Part shown: positions 39,472-52,240 of the stretch, one piece after another
How the letters are laid out: every line of letters starts with the position of its first letter
Numbering within the stretch: position 1 is the first letter of the stretch
NCBI GenBank assembly: GCA_030264375.1
Contig: JASCQW010000105.1
Span: 39,835,414-39,899,406, forward strand
DNA from: Carcharhinus longimanus
Lineage: Eukaryota
DNA: 63,993 nucleotides
Reading direction: 5' to 3'
Translations under genes and position numbers: made by a program
The notes under the pieces: generated by a model
What the model saw: only the letters and a program-made list of their open reading frames with translations
What the model was told of the DNA's origin: nothing
Databases searched by the model: none

Positions 39472-39884
39472 GTCAGTTCTTAAGATTTTTCTCAGATTAT
39501 TTTAACTAAAATGAAAAGAACTGTTAAATGATTTTCATGAACAAAGTTTGGGCAGTGAGCCAATAGATGTGGACCCCAAGATGAGTGTACAAACTACTTC
39601 CCTTGTGTTGTGTTGAAACTCTCAAGCATGTTTCAGGATTGTGTGCAACAGAAATATACTGATTTTTTTTTTGTAACATACAACATTCTCCCTTTTTCAT
39701 GGGGACACTATAGCTTTTCATTTTATTAAATAGTTCATCAATACAACTTAGCACTTTTCAGTGTTTTAGAAAACCTTTCAACGGACGTACAGTATAGGGG
39801 TGAAAATAAGACAAATTTGGTACCATTAATTAAGAGTTACTAATAAACTATGTCATTATTTCATCTTTTCATTTATGGTTCTAG

Positions 39885-40065
39885 CGTGCTATGATGCGTT
39901 TCTCTGAGCTCGAGATGAAGCAACGGGATGATCGAGTATCTGAAGACTCATTAGAGGACAGCAAATTAAGTGACACAGAGAGCAAAATCTTCATGGGAAA
40001 GAAGGAGAAGAAGTCAAAGGGAGATTCAGAAGAAGAGAATACTTCAGTGGAAAATTTTGATGACC
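39885..40065 (+). CDS. BCOR: BCOR exon (human exon 6 equivalent)
   Basis: ttctAG|CGT, encodes RAMMRFSELEMKQRDDRVSED..., matching BCOR RAMMRFSELEMKE. Donor C|gtgagt, phase 0-1. Confidence 0.96.
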
Positions 40066-41630
40066 GTGAGTGATATCAGCAATTGCAATGTTAAAAGGTT
40101 ATTTGTACTGTTAAAATGTTGACTATAATCTCTAGTACTGATCAGTGCACTTAAATTCCCATGAAGTCATTGTCTTATTGATAGCTTATTCATTATCACA
40201 ATAAAGTGACAAATATGATGAAAGGTATAGTATCTCTCCAAAATGTCTACAAAATGGAAGTATGACATGGTTAGAACTGCTTATTCTATTGCCAATGAGG
40301 TTATATTTGGAATAGACATTGCAGATCTACTATGGTGTATACAATTTAGTGATTGGACTACTTGGACAATAAAATCAGCAACGATTGAGAAACTTTGAAC
40401 TTGTTCAGACAAGTAAGGACTTTTACACAGTTAGCTATAAAATGCTGAGAATTAGGCTTTTTAATTCAGTAATCTTGACAATCTGCTATTTTTCACATTG
40501 TACACAAGTAAACTAATTTACTGAGCAGCATATTTGTGCTGTGCTTCTTGGAACTTCATCAGGTTTCATGTAACCATAGTATGGAATATTTATTATGCAG
40601 TCATATAATGTACATGCATATTACAACAAACAAAACAGCTAGCATTGATAAAACAAAAGTCNNNNNNNNNNNNNNNNNNNNNNNNNNNNNNNNNNNNNNN
40701 NNNNNNNNNNNNNNNNNNNNNNNNNNNNNNNNNNNNNNNNNNNNNNNNNNNNNNNNNNNNNNNNNNNNNNNNNNNNNNNNNNNNNNNNNNNNNNNATCTG
40801 TCGTGGCTCAGTTCCACATTCCCACCCTCTCCCCATAACCCTTAATCCCCTCTCTTATCAAAAACCCATCAATAGGAAATCATATGACAACATCCAGCCA
40901 CCATGCCATAGGAAAACAAAATCAACAATATTTGTTATTATTATTATTTATATATCTGTTCCAAGAATCTATCCAATATAGAGTCTTGAACAGCTATATT
41001 TTGTATTATTGATTATCATTGCCTGTACTAATTTCCCTAACATATGTTGCATTCTAATTTGTCAGCAAGTACTCAGAAATCACCAACGTTGTAGCTTATT
41101 TCTATGTACGTCCAAAATAATGCTAACTTAAATGTATGTACATGACCAAGAAAAAATGTCCTGAAACTACTTTGTTGCAACATGCTATTTAGTGATACTT
41201 GAAGTGCTTCGCAGTCTGTTTTACTAACTTGTCTGCAACTGAGACCGATAGCTGCCATAATATTTTGACTGTTTTGAAATTTAGTGAATTTTTAAATACA
41301 AGCAACGGTAGCATCTAAAATAAACTTGCTAGGAAAATTGCCACGTCTGCCTGAAGTGCTTTCCCACAAGAGATGAAAAGTCTTTGGGCCATTTAGCAAC
41401 ACTATGGAAGCTCCACCCTGACTATTTTTATGTGGAAGATGAAAGGCAAATATGTATACAAGCTTACTTACAGGTGTATGATGGTTTTTGAAAATAGTTT
41501 TGAAACCCCAGTTTTAAACAGAAGAGCCACAATACCAACAAGCCTACTTCAATTATGGTCAAGGAGAAGAGAGGGGTTTTTAAACAACAAAATTCAGCAA
41601 TTATGATTTTCGGCTACTGAAATTACATTG

Positions 41631-41792
41631 AGAAGTCTCATGACACCAGATTAAAGTCCAACAGGTTTATTTGGAATCATGAGCTTTCAGAGCACTGCTC
41701 CTTCACTTGATAATTCCAGATAAACCTGTTGGACTTTAAGCCGGTGTTGTGTGAGAATTCTTACTGTGCCCACCCCAGCTGGCATCTCCACA
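41631..41792. mobile_element. Palindromic Penelope-derived short element; family ends also at 5280-5352 and 6820-6853
   Basis: Arm gacaccagattaaagtccaacaggtttatttggaat pairs with attccagataaacctgttggactttaagccggtgtt. Confidence 0.75.
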
Positions 41793-43852
41793 TTGAAACT
41801 ACATTGTTCTCGTTCATTTCAAAACTCCTTAATCTACTGGTTTTGGAAGCAAATGAAGTCATTTCAGAAACATCTTTATCTCAGATTGTGCTTTCAAGAT
41901 CATTGTCAGGTAGCAACCATTGACCGGCTGTAACATCATCCGTTAAATGAATTGGACGGCCCTATTTAAAAATAATAATGAAAGGGTTGAGTTTACACTT
42001 TGGATGCAACCATGAAATTGCATTGAAAATTGTGCTGGCTGAGTTACAGTTCAAGATTCAATACCATCTTTGATGGACCAACAATCAGACGGCATTATAG
42101 AGTGCCAGCATTTATCCTTTTTTCTGATTAAAATGTACTTGTTAATGTATTGTAAGATTGGTAATCTGGTCCAGAGTAACCTGATTTAAAATCACTAAAA
42201 AACAACTTTAAGGAGCTACGCTGAATTGTCTATCAGTTCTAATGTTGTAAAGAATTACTTAATAAATTACATATTCTACGGCATGAAAAAACTTTAAATG
42301 CCTTATCTTGCTAGCACGATTGACAGAATCTCACTATTTTCACATGGGGGGGGAACATGGCCAGTTTTGTCAAAGGTCTTGATCTCGGTAAATTGAATCT
42401 TAAACTAGCAAAACAATTGAAGGAAATATGCCCATTAACAGTTTTGTTCATAACATGCCTCTGTTTGAAATTTCTTGATCTTTTGCCAATTTTGGCCAAC
42501 TTTGCTTGGATTGTGTAAATGAGCTGATATGTGAAATAGTACGATTGTAGAGAGTACAGAATTAATGATCTACTGAATTCATTATTGTTCTATTGTTAAA
42601 TCCAATGTTTTTCAATACCAACTACCTCTGTATTTAATCTCCAGTATTTCAGTGAGTTGTATGATTATCACTGGTAGTATTTTAGTGTCATACAGTTTTT
42701 AATGCTTTATTCAGACCATCATCCTGAGTAGAGAAAGCTGGCCTATCTCCGTGATCATATCAGCCAATAGGTTCTTGCTGCACAAGGTCATTCATTAATG
42801 CTGCTGAATTAGTGGTTGACACTTCAATTCCCTGTTAGTCTACTTACTCACCTGCCAATCATCTGACAGTGAAAGACCAGTAATGAAACTGCCTGGTTGC
42901 TGTGGTGAATTGAAACTATTACCATGACAACAATGCTATGGAGTATTTCCATGGTACACCACATAGTGATAAATTACGGGATGTGCCATGTGTCATATGA
43001 TTCTTGTTAGCTGTGATTAGGTAATTTAAGCAACCACAAATAATTCACTGTTATACAAGTGATTGTCATGTGTTGGTCAGAAATTTTGAGCGCTACTGAT
43101 AAAACATTGTATTTACAGCAACATCAGTAAGTTAGATTTATGTTGTAAGAAGTTCTCTTCCTAAACTCACTGACGTATGGTACATTACTGTTTCAGTGGT
43201 GCTGGTAGTCCTTGCATAATACATATCTGTTCTTTAAGTATGAGCCAAAGCAGTAACTGTTGACAGACTATCAGACCACAGCTCAGCATTGCATTTAAGC
43301 TTCCACCTGTCCTCAGCCAGTGTGCCCACACCTATACTTTCCAACTATCCAAGCTGAGGGACATGGCTCATCTGTGATTAACTAACACAACACAGACCAA
43401 CTGTCAAACTGCTGGCTTCTTAGTCTATATGGCTTGGTAGCATAATAAGTGTGCTCCTGAATGGCAGAGAAATACTTTTGGATTCTCATTACAGGTCACC
43501 ATCCAATGACTCTTGGTGTAACATCTAAGTGTGATATAATTGATCAGAATGAGAGCACAGAAATAGAATTTGAACAATGACTCTTGAAATTCCTGCTGAT
43601 GATATTAGCAAACAAGTGTTTTAAAACATTCAAAGAACATTGCAACATTCATTTTTTAATACAAGCATTAACTCATTTATTTTAAAAAGGCTAATGCTTT
43701 TTACAGTAAATCAGAAAGATTACACGAATGCATCAAGCGTTCATACTTTAATAACATAAACGGTAATTTCAGAGTTTTATGATTGGTCAAATTGTCAATT
43801 TATCAGATACAATCAAAAAACTGTATTTTTATTTTTATTTCTTTTAAATTAG

Positions 43853-43930
43853 CTTTCCGAAAGAAACAAAAGAATGGGTTCCGAGATTTCATTCCACTTC
43901 TTCTAAAAGTGCAAACACAAAACCAGTCTG
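43853..43930 (+). CDS. BCOR: Candidate additional BCOR exon (78 nt, phase 1-1) with a BCORL1-like FRDFIP motif
   Basis: Strong acceptor tgtatttttatttttatttcttttaaattAG and donor G|gtatgt. Frame-preserving with no stop codon; encodes (P)FRKKQKNGFRDFIPLLLKVQTQNQS(D). Confidence 0.75.
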
Positions 43931-44633
43931 GTATGTACACATTCTGCTTTTGCAGAGAAAGAATCAAGAAATATTAAGTCTTCATACATTTTAATCCTAA
44001 TTAAGACATTATTAATTTAGCAAAAGAAATTCTGCTTGGACCAGAGCTTTTTTGTAATTCTGTGTTTAAATCTTGAATGTGTTTATGCGGACTCAAATAG
44101 GAACTAATGTTTTTAATTTCCATAATGTACAACTTTATATTCTACAGCTAACTATTATTCTGGAAAAAATGAACATTACATAAGAAGAACTAAAACAGAG
44201 TAGGCCCCTTTCCACATCTGAAATCATTATTTTTTAATTTTGAAATAATTATAAAAATCAGTCACCTGCTCATAAAAAATAGAATCGTAGAAATGTCAGC
44301 AAGGGAGACGCTTGGCCTGCAATGTTTGTGCCACTGTTGCTGTCGCTCTACGGGGCTACCTGCTTTAATCCAACCTTCTTGCTCTTTCATTGTACCCTTA
44401 ACAATTTTCTTGAAATGTTAGCCATGACTCAATTTTAAAAGTCTCTTGCAATATTGTGATGATTAGTGTCATAAAACCTTTGTGCAGGAAAATGTTCCCA
44501 ACTTCCCTTGTATGTTTCTAATACTAATCCTCAATTTATGCCACTTGCTACCTGTTTACTAACTAGTCCAAATAATCTTTCATTAATTACCTCTCATAGC
44601 TATTTAAAATTTTGGCCACACCACAGCCCAGCA

Positions 44634-44930
44634 ATGGCACGGTGGTTAGCACTGCTGCCTCACATTGCCAGGGTTCATTTCCAGCTTTGGGTCACTGTGT
44701 GGAGTTTGCACATTCTCCCTGTGTCTGCATGGGGTTGCTCTAAGTGCTCTGGTTTCCTCCCACTCCAAAGATGTGCAGGTTAGGTTGATTGGCCAAGCTA
44801 AATTGCCCCTTAGTATCAGGGGGTTAGCAGAATAAATGCACGGGGTTGTGATGATAGGGTCTGTGTGGAATCGTGGTTGGTACAGACTTGATGGGCCAAA
44901 TGGCCTCCTCTGCATTGTAGGGATTCTATG
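44634..44930 (+). mobile_element. HE1-family V-SINE
   Basis: tggcacggtggttagcactgctgcctcac...gatgggccaaatggcctcctctgcattgtagggattctatg. Confidence 0.9.
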
Positions 44931-45559
44931 ATTGTTGTAGTGAATACAATTCTAGTTTTTCAAGTCTCTTACAATTATGTTCTCTTATTCTTGGAAGTGT
45001 TATAGTAAATCTGTCTTGCACCTTTTCTGTAGTTTCATTATCTTTTCTGATGAGGTCATAAAAACTTCTCACAATGCTGCAACAGCGATAAGGTAGTCTA
45101 CACTTTTGAGTATCCAGTGACTTTGATGTTGCAAAAGACTCCTCAGGTGTGGGAACTTGCTCTGCTTTCTCAGCATTACATACTGCCATTCTACTTACTA
45201 AAGGCTTTTCAGCTCTTTCTATGCTCTCCCTTGTATATGTATTTTATTTCTTTGATTTCCCTCATTATGCTTTTGTGTCTCTTGAGTGTATTGCTTCTGC
45301 ATTGCAGCTATTCCCTAATCGCCACATGAACATCTCTCTAAGTCCTTTCCCGGGTGTGCTTGTGTAGTTTTGTCTCTTTCTTTGCTTTACCTGATTTCCT
45401 TTATTACTTCTTAAATGCTGTTCATCTGCATTATTTTTCAATTCAGTTCTGAGCATGTTTTCTACTTGAAACCTCAACTGCCTCATGTTTCCTTGACATG
45501 TTACGTGGCCTGTTGAGTTTCTCATATATTCTGTTTTTTGACCTGAGCAATATCTGCAG

Positions 45560-45790
45560 ATTCTATGAGGATGTGTCTAGGGCGGTGGATAGAGGAGAGC
45601 CGGTGGATGTGGTNNNNNNNNNNNNNNNNNNNNNNNNNNNNNNNNNNNNNNNNNNNNNNNNNNNNNNNNNNNNNNNNNNNNNNNNNNNNNNNNNNNNNNN
45701 NNNNNNNNNNNNNTCTTATTTAATGGCGGGGCAGGCTCGAAGGGCTAGATGGCCTACTCCTGCTCCTATTTCTTATGTTCTTATGTTCTT
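45560..45790 (+). mobile_element. Young CR1-type LINE, collapsed across an N gap
   Basis: RT-region peptide FYEDVSRAVDRGEPVDV before the gap. 3' end ...ggcctactcctgctcctatttcttatgttcttatgttct after the gap. Confidence 0.88.
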
Positions 45791-46119
45791 AATTATGCAT
45801 CTTTTTCCAATGAATGTTCATAGAAAATGAATCACATTCACTCTTAGGATTCACACAGAAAACTCTTATTTTCAAAGATCTACCTTTATGTGCTCCTAAC
45901 TGTCTCTATTTTCCCACAGTAATGGTGTAAAATTGGATATGCAACTCTCTATACCTTCAGCCAAGTCATATTTGCATACCAATCAGACAATTCCACTGCC
46001 TGATGACCTTTCTTGATATCTCTTCTTTCTACTTTTGTAATTGGGTCTTTAATCAACATTGCTCAATTTTCCTGTCTATTTTATAACCTGACAGCCTGGA
46101 CTTGCATGTTTAAATTCTT

Positions 46120-47260
46120 CCCACTAGGTTAACATTGCTGAAAATGCTCTTATCAAAATCAGAAATGACATTCTATGTCATTCTAACATAAGCAAACTAT
46201 ATTTCCATGTCTTTCTTGACCTGTCTGCAGCCTTTGACATGGTTGACCGCACAATCACAAGCCTCTTTGCCATTGTCCAGCTGTTGGGGGGGTGGTTACT
46301 GCACTTAGCTGGTTTCATTTTTAGCTATCTAATCAGTGTCAGAGAATCACTGAAATGGCTCCTCTTTGTACCCAGACCATTGCCTCTATGCCCTAAAGAT
46401 CTATCCTTTGCCTCTTCCTATTTCCCCATCCATCTGCTGCCTCTCAGTGACATCAACGGAAAACAGTATCATGTTCTACATGTATGTTGGTGATAGCTAG
46501 GTCTCAATTGCCACCACCTCTCTCATCCTTTCACTGTCTCTACATTATCAAACAGTTTTTCTACACAGTGCTGGATGAGCAGAAATTTCCTCCAACCTAA
46601 TATTGTGAAAAGCAAAGCCATGTTTTTAGGTTCCACCATCAGCCAAGTTGCCTAACCATCAGTTCTATTCTTCCTGGCAATGATCTATAACTGAACCAGA
46701 CTGTTTGCAAGATAAAGGTAAAATACTGTGGATGCTGGAATCTGAAAAAAAGAGAATACTGGAGATACTCAGCAGGTCTGACAGCATCTGTGGAGAGAGA
46801 ATAGAGCATTTTGAGTCAGGATCACCATGTTTGCAAACTGGGTGTTCTGCATGATTCTATGATGAACATTGGGCCATATCTATGCCAACACTAAGACTGC
46901 ATGTTTTCATCTCCACTCCTGCCTCAGCTTATTTGCTGTAACCTGTAGCTTATTTCTTGCAGCACACTCCTGGCTGGTTCCCACATTCTACCTGCTGTCA
47001 ACTTCAGGTCACCTAAATCTTTACCATTCATATCTCAAATTGCACCAAGTCCTGCTAACCTGTCACCTTCATACTTACTGATCTACATTGGCTCCCAGTT
47101 AAGCAACATCTCAATTTTTTTTTGAATTCTCATCCTTGTTTTCAAATCCCTCTGTGATTTCTCTTCTCCCTACCTCGGTGACTTCATCCAGCCCCACAAC
47201 TGTATGAGATATCATCTCATTCTGGCCGTTTGAGGATCTGCAATTTTAATTGCTTCACCA
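46120..47260 (+). mobile_element. L2-type LINE RT remnant with a nested Penelope terminal fragment (46712-46826)
   Basis: ctgaaaatgctcttatcaaaatcagaaatgacatt (ENALIKIRNDI) and cttgacctgtctgcagcctttgacatggttgac (LDLSAAFDMVD). Confidence 0.8.
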
Positions 47261-47925
47261 TGTAAGCTGTTGATATTGCTAGAATATTTAGTTCTCAGTT
47301 ATTCCCTTCTTGTATCCTGGCCTCTGTAATGGCTGCTGCATACCATTAAAATGGAATTTGTACTTCTAACTCATTTGTTTTATTTATGTTACTTACATTC
47401 ATAGGGTCACAGAATCCTTACAGTGGAGTCCTGATTCCCCTCCATCTCAAACTTAAATGCCATATGTTCATTTTCAAATCCCGTTATGGATTCACATTTC
47501 CCTGTCTCTTTAACTTCATCCAGCCCTCTATAACTCTCTAAGCATTGCTCCAGTTTTGGACACTTGTTATTTTGATGTCTAGTAGTTTTGCCATATTGAT
47601 GTGAGGCCGAGTTATCTATAGTCACTCGGTTTATTTCTTTACGCTTTTTGAATGTCACCCTCTAGTCATTTGACACAATTCCTCGTTCCTATGAATTTTG
47701 GAAAATTATGATTAGAACTGCTACCAATTTGTCACTACTGCCCTGTGTTCTGATGTTTGTACCAGGCTGATTTGCTTGTCACAAATTTACTTTGATTTGG
47801 TGCTTTGGATTTTTTTTAAATTTTGTTTTATTTCACAAGAAACAAAATAGTTCAGAAAACTTGCTTATTATCAAACAGAATATAGGAAATCTATCTGAGA
47901 ACTGATTAACCATATTTTTCTGCAG

Positions 47926-48282
47926 ATGATCCAGATGGTAATGCAAAACGCATAGATGGATTGGTTGAAAATTATAAGAATGGGGAATATTGGACTGATG
48001 GAACCAACACAGAGAATTTCACCACTGAGAAAGAACCTGCACCTAATGAGGACTTTGCAAAAACTCTACAAACATATCATCACAAGGATGCTAACTACAG
48101 TTCTGAGTCAAGTTTTGACAAGAATAGCCAATATTGCGAGGGAAGGTTACAGGACAAGCAGGAAGAAATAAACACTCATGAAGTACAATCAGAGATGAAG
48201 GGATATAATGAGAAATGCATCAGTCAAGCTGTGGAGCCAGAAATTTTTAAGATGAAAAGAAAGAGACGAAGTTCCATCATAG
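47926..48282 (+). CDS. BCOR: BCOR exon (human exon 7 equivalent)
   Basis: tttttctgcAG|AT, open frame DPDGNAKRIDGLVENYKNGEYW...EIFKMKRKRRSSII, ending in a basic NLS-like cluster like human LKAKRRRVSK. Donor G|gtgaga, phase 1-1. Body is diverged. Confidence 0.85.
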
Positions 48283-49695
48283 GTGAGAATGATGATATTT
48301 TGCTGTTGGTTACATGTATATTGTAATTATGAGGAATAATTTTAAAAGTCAATAAGTTGGAATGGGTAAAACACATGGTGTGTACCAGGCTGAGTTTAAA
48401 AAGCACTTCCTTCTTCAGAAGTCCAGCTGAATAAACACCTATGGCATATATTTAAAGTATAGCTTTCTGTTTGATATGCACACAAGATTTCAAAGATCCT
48501 TCTCCTTTCCAGCAATATAAACAGACGTTAAAATACTTTGAGCCCTCTAAGCACCGTGGTGGCTTTAGTTGTTCCAAAAGCGCAAAATTGTGTTCTATAA
48601 CAAAACATCTAGGAGGGAAGTTCTCAACTTCTAAATGTAAAATATTGTAAAATACGTTTGAAATAATTTGCAAAAATCAGATTCAAATTCACTGTATCTT
48701 TTGGGTTAGATGAGAATTATAATCTTATCGTATTTAAGTTTTGATCCAGAATCACTTGCTCAGACCTTAAAACCTTAACTTTCAAAAAGTGAATAATAGT
48801 TGAATACCTCCATGTTGAGGAGTATTCCATCTCCAGTTATTGTGATTTATGATAGTCGAGCATGAGAGGAAAATCCCACTGTTTGAGTTGTTCCGGCCAA
48901 AAAGGACAGTATAGAAGCTAAAGGGGAATCAACATAGCATTGAAACATAAAATTGATCATTATTAAGGAATGACGTGGCAGTATTTAAATCTTTTGAATA
49001 TTTGATTTTTTTATCCTTTACTTATTTTTCAAATTTCTATCCAATTTTCCTTAAAGCTGTTCTACATCTGCAAGTCTAGACAATGACTGCTGGTAGGCTT
49101 TGACCACAAGGAAGATGTCATAGACACTCAGTTTTATTTCTCATCCAATACACATGCATGTGCACAGACTTTTCATGTAGGAATCACTGAGGAGCAGCAT
49201 CATATCGTTGTTGTTTATATTTTCCCTCACAAGCCTGGGGTTACTGAGGCCAGCTCTAGTATCCATACTTGTAAGTTGATTGATAATCTAATGTGACACA
49301 ATATGTATTGATCTTGAATTTTCCTGGTCTGAAACACCTCAAAGAGTATACTTATCCATCAGGGGATCTCATCAGTTCTCATCAATTCATCAACAACAAA
49401 GCAAATTATTTATTCAAGGACAACTGATAGCATTTCTCTCTCAACAGTGCATCCTTTTGAAATAGATCATACTTTAACATGTTAAAAAATCAGTACAGGT
49501 TACAATTTCTTGTTGGCATTGTGCATGTGGAAGTGCGCCATCATGAGAAAAGAACACATTTCTTAAGAAAATGCATGTCATTATTGAATTTAGGAACTGC
49601 ATTATATGCAAGTAAAATCCAAATGTTTAATTACAAAATAATCATTTCTCAAGTCAAAATCCATATAAATATTTTCTTTGCCTTTTTAATGATTA

Positions 49696-49940
49696 TAAGA
49701 ACATAAGAACATAAGAAATAGGAGCAGGAGTAGGCCATCTAGCCCTTCGAGCCTGCCCCGCCANNNNNNNNNNNNNNNNNNNNNNNNNNNNNNNNNNNNN
49801 NNNNNNNNNNNNNNNNNNNNNNNNNNNNNNNNNNNNNNNNNNNNNNNNNNNNNNNNNNNNNNNTTGGAAAATAACCACCAAGGCATCCACTATCACCTCC
49901 GCCATTTCTTTCAGAACCCTTGGATGCATTCCATCCGGTC
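49696..49940 (-). mobile_element. Young CR1-type LINE, collapsed across an N gap
   Basis: Tail (ataagaac)n ataggagcaggagtaggccatctagccc. Peptide MHPRVLKEMAEVIVDALVVIFQ is typical of CR1 ORF2. Confidence 0.9.
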
Positions 49941-50233
49941 ACAGCTTGAATAAAATTGGGAATCTTGATAGGATAGAAAAATTGTTGCTGCTGTCTTTAA
50001 ATATTTAATCATTTCATTTGTAAAATGAACTTCAGAGTTATCTCAAGTCTTGTTTCTCCAATATCTTTATGCTGTGGTCACAGAAAATCATGCATTTATA
50101 TCATTGAGAATACATTGGTATTAAAATTGCAATGATTGTCTACTGGGTCAAAATATTAGTGCCATCTAAGGACTTGTTTATAGCGTTATTAGCTGTAGGG
50201 CATATTTCATTGACCTGAGCTTTTTCACAGTAG

Positions 50234-50596
50234 ATGAATGGACTGAGAAGGAGATGAATGATGAATCCACAGACAATTCAGAAGACTCTCATTCAAGTGA
50301 AGTAACAAACCTAAAGGTGTGCATTGAGCTGACAGGGCTGCATCCCCGCAAGCAAAGACACCTGCAGCATCTAAGGGCACTTTGGGAGCAACAGGTGTCT
50401 CCTGACAGATCCATACCTGCCAAAGCAGGTCGGCTCAGTAAGAAGGAATTAGCTGGGGCTAAAGAGCCAGAGCTCATTGCAAAGGAAACAGAATTCAAAC
50501 ACAGGGTCGAAGAAAGAGCCCCCAGGAAAGGACCAGAGGCCAAGTCCAACAGAAATGGGTTTGAAGAGAACTTCAATAGAAGTGACGTTGAAAAAG
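50234..50596 (+). CDS. BCOR: BCOR exon (human exon 8 equivalent) with AF9/MLLT3-binding motif
   Basis: Encodes DEWTEKEM...[33 protein letters not shown], matching human [32 protein letters not shown]. Acceptor tttttcacAGtAG (start 50231 or 50234), donor G|gtacat. Confidence 0.96.
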
Positions 50597-51244
50597 GTAC
50601 ATTTGGAACCTGGAGAAGTCTGTCTTTTTTTGTTTAATTTTGAAAATACTTAATATAATTTGCTGAGCAAAATGGAATGTCTAATGGTATCCATTCTTTT
50701 GTCTTTCACTAAATATGAAGCTATCCAGGTGAAGGAGTTTTGAAATGTTAAAGTACTTAAATCCAAGTCCATTGACTTTTTTTTAATTCTTTCACCCTGG
50801 CTATTTCTCAACAGAAGGTTATCAAGCATTTTTATACCATAATCTATTTATTCTCCAGATCATTTGCCTTTGTGCAGCTCAGAGTACGGTTGTGGGTCTG
50901 CCTGTGGGACCCACTGTCAGCGTTACTTCAGGGTGGCTAACAGAAGGTGGTAAACAAATTGTATCGAATCAGGTGATGCCAATTGATTGCCCTTTCAAGA
51001 AAGGGAAGAATTGATTTTGATATGCTTTTCCAACAAAGTACCTGAGCTAAATACTGGTGAATTAAGCTGCTTGAAGTAAACAGATAAGAACGTTTGACTG
51101 ATTTAAGGCTCAAGGTTGGGATTTTCACTTTCAGCTGTTTGCTGCCTGGCTAAATTGTTCTGAATATAATAAGATCAGTAAGTGAATACTTTGAAAGTGT
51201 AATGCTTGGCCTGATATTGTTGAGCAGAACTAAAATGACTAAGG

Positions 51245-52240
51245 GAAAATCCTGCCGATGCAGGTTTGGCCACATTTGTGAAAAGAGAAACACGACTTAA
51301 CGTTTCAGATCTGTGACATTTCATCAGAACTATGAAAAGATAGAGATGTAACAGTTTTTAAATGGGTACAGAGGCAGGAGAGGGAAGAAAGGAAGAATGA
51401 AGGTCTGTGACCAAGTGGAAGACAAAAGGAGATGATAATAAGACAAATAGAGAAACAAAAACTGGGTCCTGAGGAACTGTAAATAGCAACAGCAGAACTA
51501 TCGCCAACATCTGCTACCCAAAAAAAATAATGGGAGCAGTGGTCATGACCCGAAATTGTTGAACTCTGTTAAGTCATTAAGACCCTAATCGGAAGAGGAG
51601 ATGCTGTTTCTCGACCATCCGTTGAGCTTCATTATCCAAGGACAGAATGGTCAGTGAGACAGTAAATGGAGAATTAAAATAACACGCAACTGAAAACTCG
51701 GGGTAATGCTTGCAAACAAAATGAAGAAGTTCAGCAAGGCTCCCATCTAATCTGTATTGGTCTCAGCAGTGAAGAGGCGGTTGCATTATGAGCAGCAAGT
51801 NNNNNNNNNNNNNNNNNNNNNNNNNNNNNNNNNNNNNNNNNNNNNNNNNNNNNNNNNNNNNNNNNNNNNNNNNNNNNNNNNNNNNNNNNNNNNNNNNNNN
51901 NNNNNNNNNNNNNNNNNNNNNNNNNNNNNNNNNNNNNNNNNNNNNNNNNNNNNNNNNNNNNNNNNNNNNNNNNNAGTTTCATCAAAATGTTGAGAGAGAG
52001 GGAAGGGCAAGATGTGTTTAGTGGTTGCATAGTGCCAAAGGTGATGGAAATGGCAGAGGTGATTCTTTGACAGTGGATGCCAGTGGGATGGATGGTGAAG
52101 GGGTCCCTGTTCTGGGAGAGAGGGGAAGGTGTGAGATAAGAACTGCAAGAAATGGAAGATGCCAACAGTTGTGGAAAAAAAGCTATATCACTAGCATAGA
52201 AGTGGCATCATCAAAACAGATATGATGGAGAGACTTGGGA
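51245..52240 (-). mobile_element. Penelope-like element fragment with terminal hammerhead core; related termini at 19715-19810, 46712-46826, 57720-57797, 63020-63150
   Basis: Shared terminus aaaatactgtggat..tggaaatctgaaa...gtttcag...gac.tt.catcagaac; minus-strand CTGATGA...GAAACGTTA. Confidence 0.7.

Noticed and set aside
49696-49720. (ATAAGAAC)n short direct repeats
   Set aside because: CR1 3' microsatellite tail; not a CRISPR-like array.
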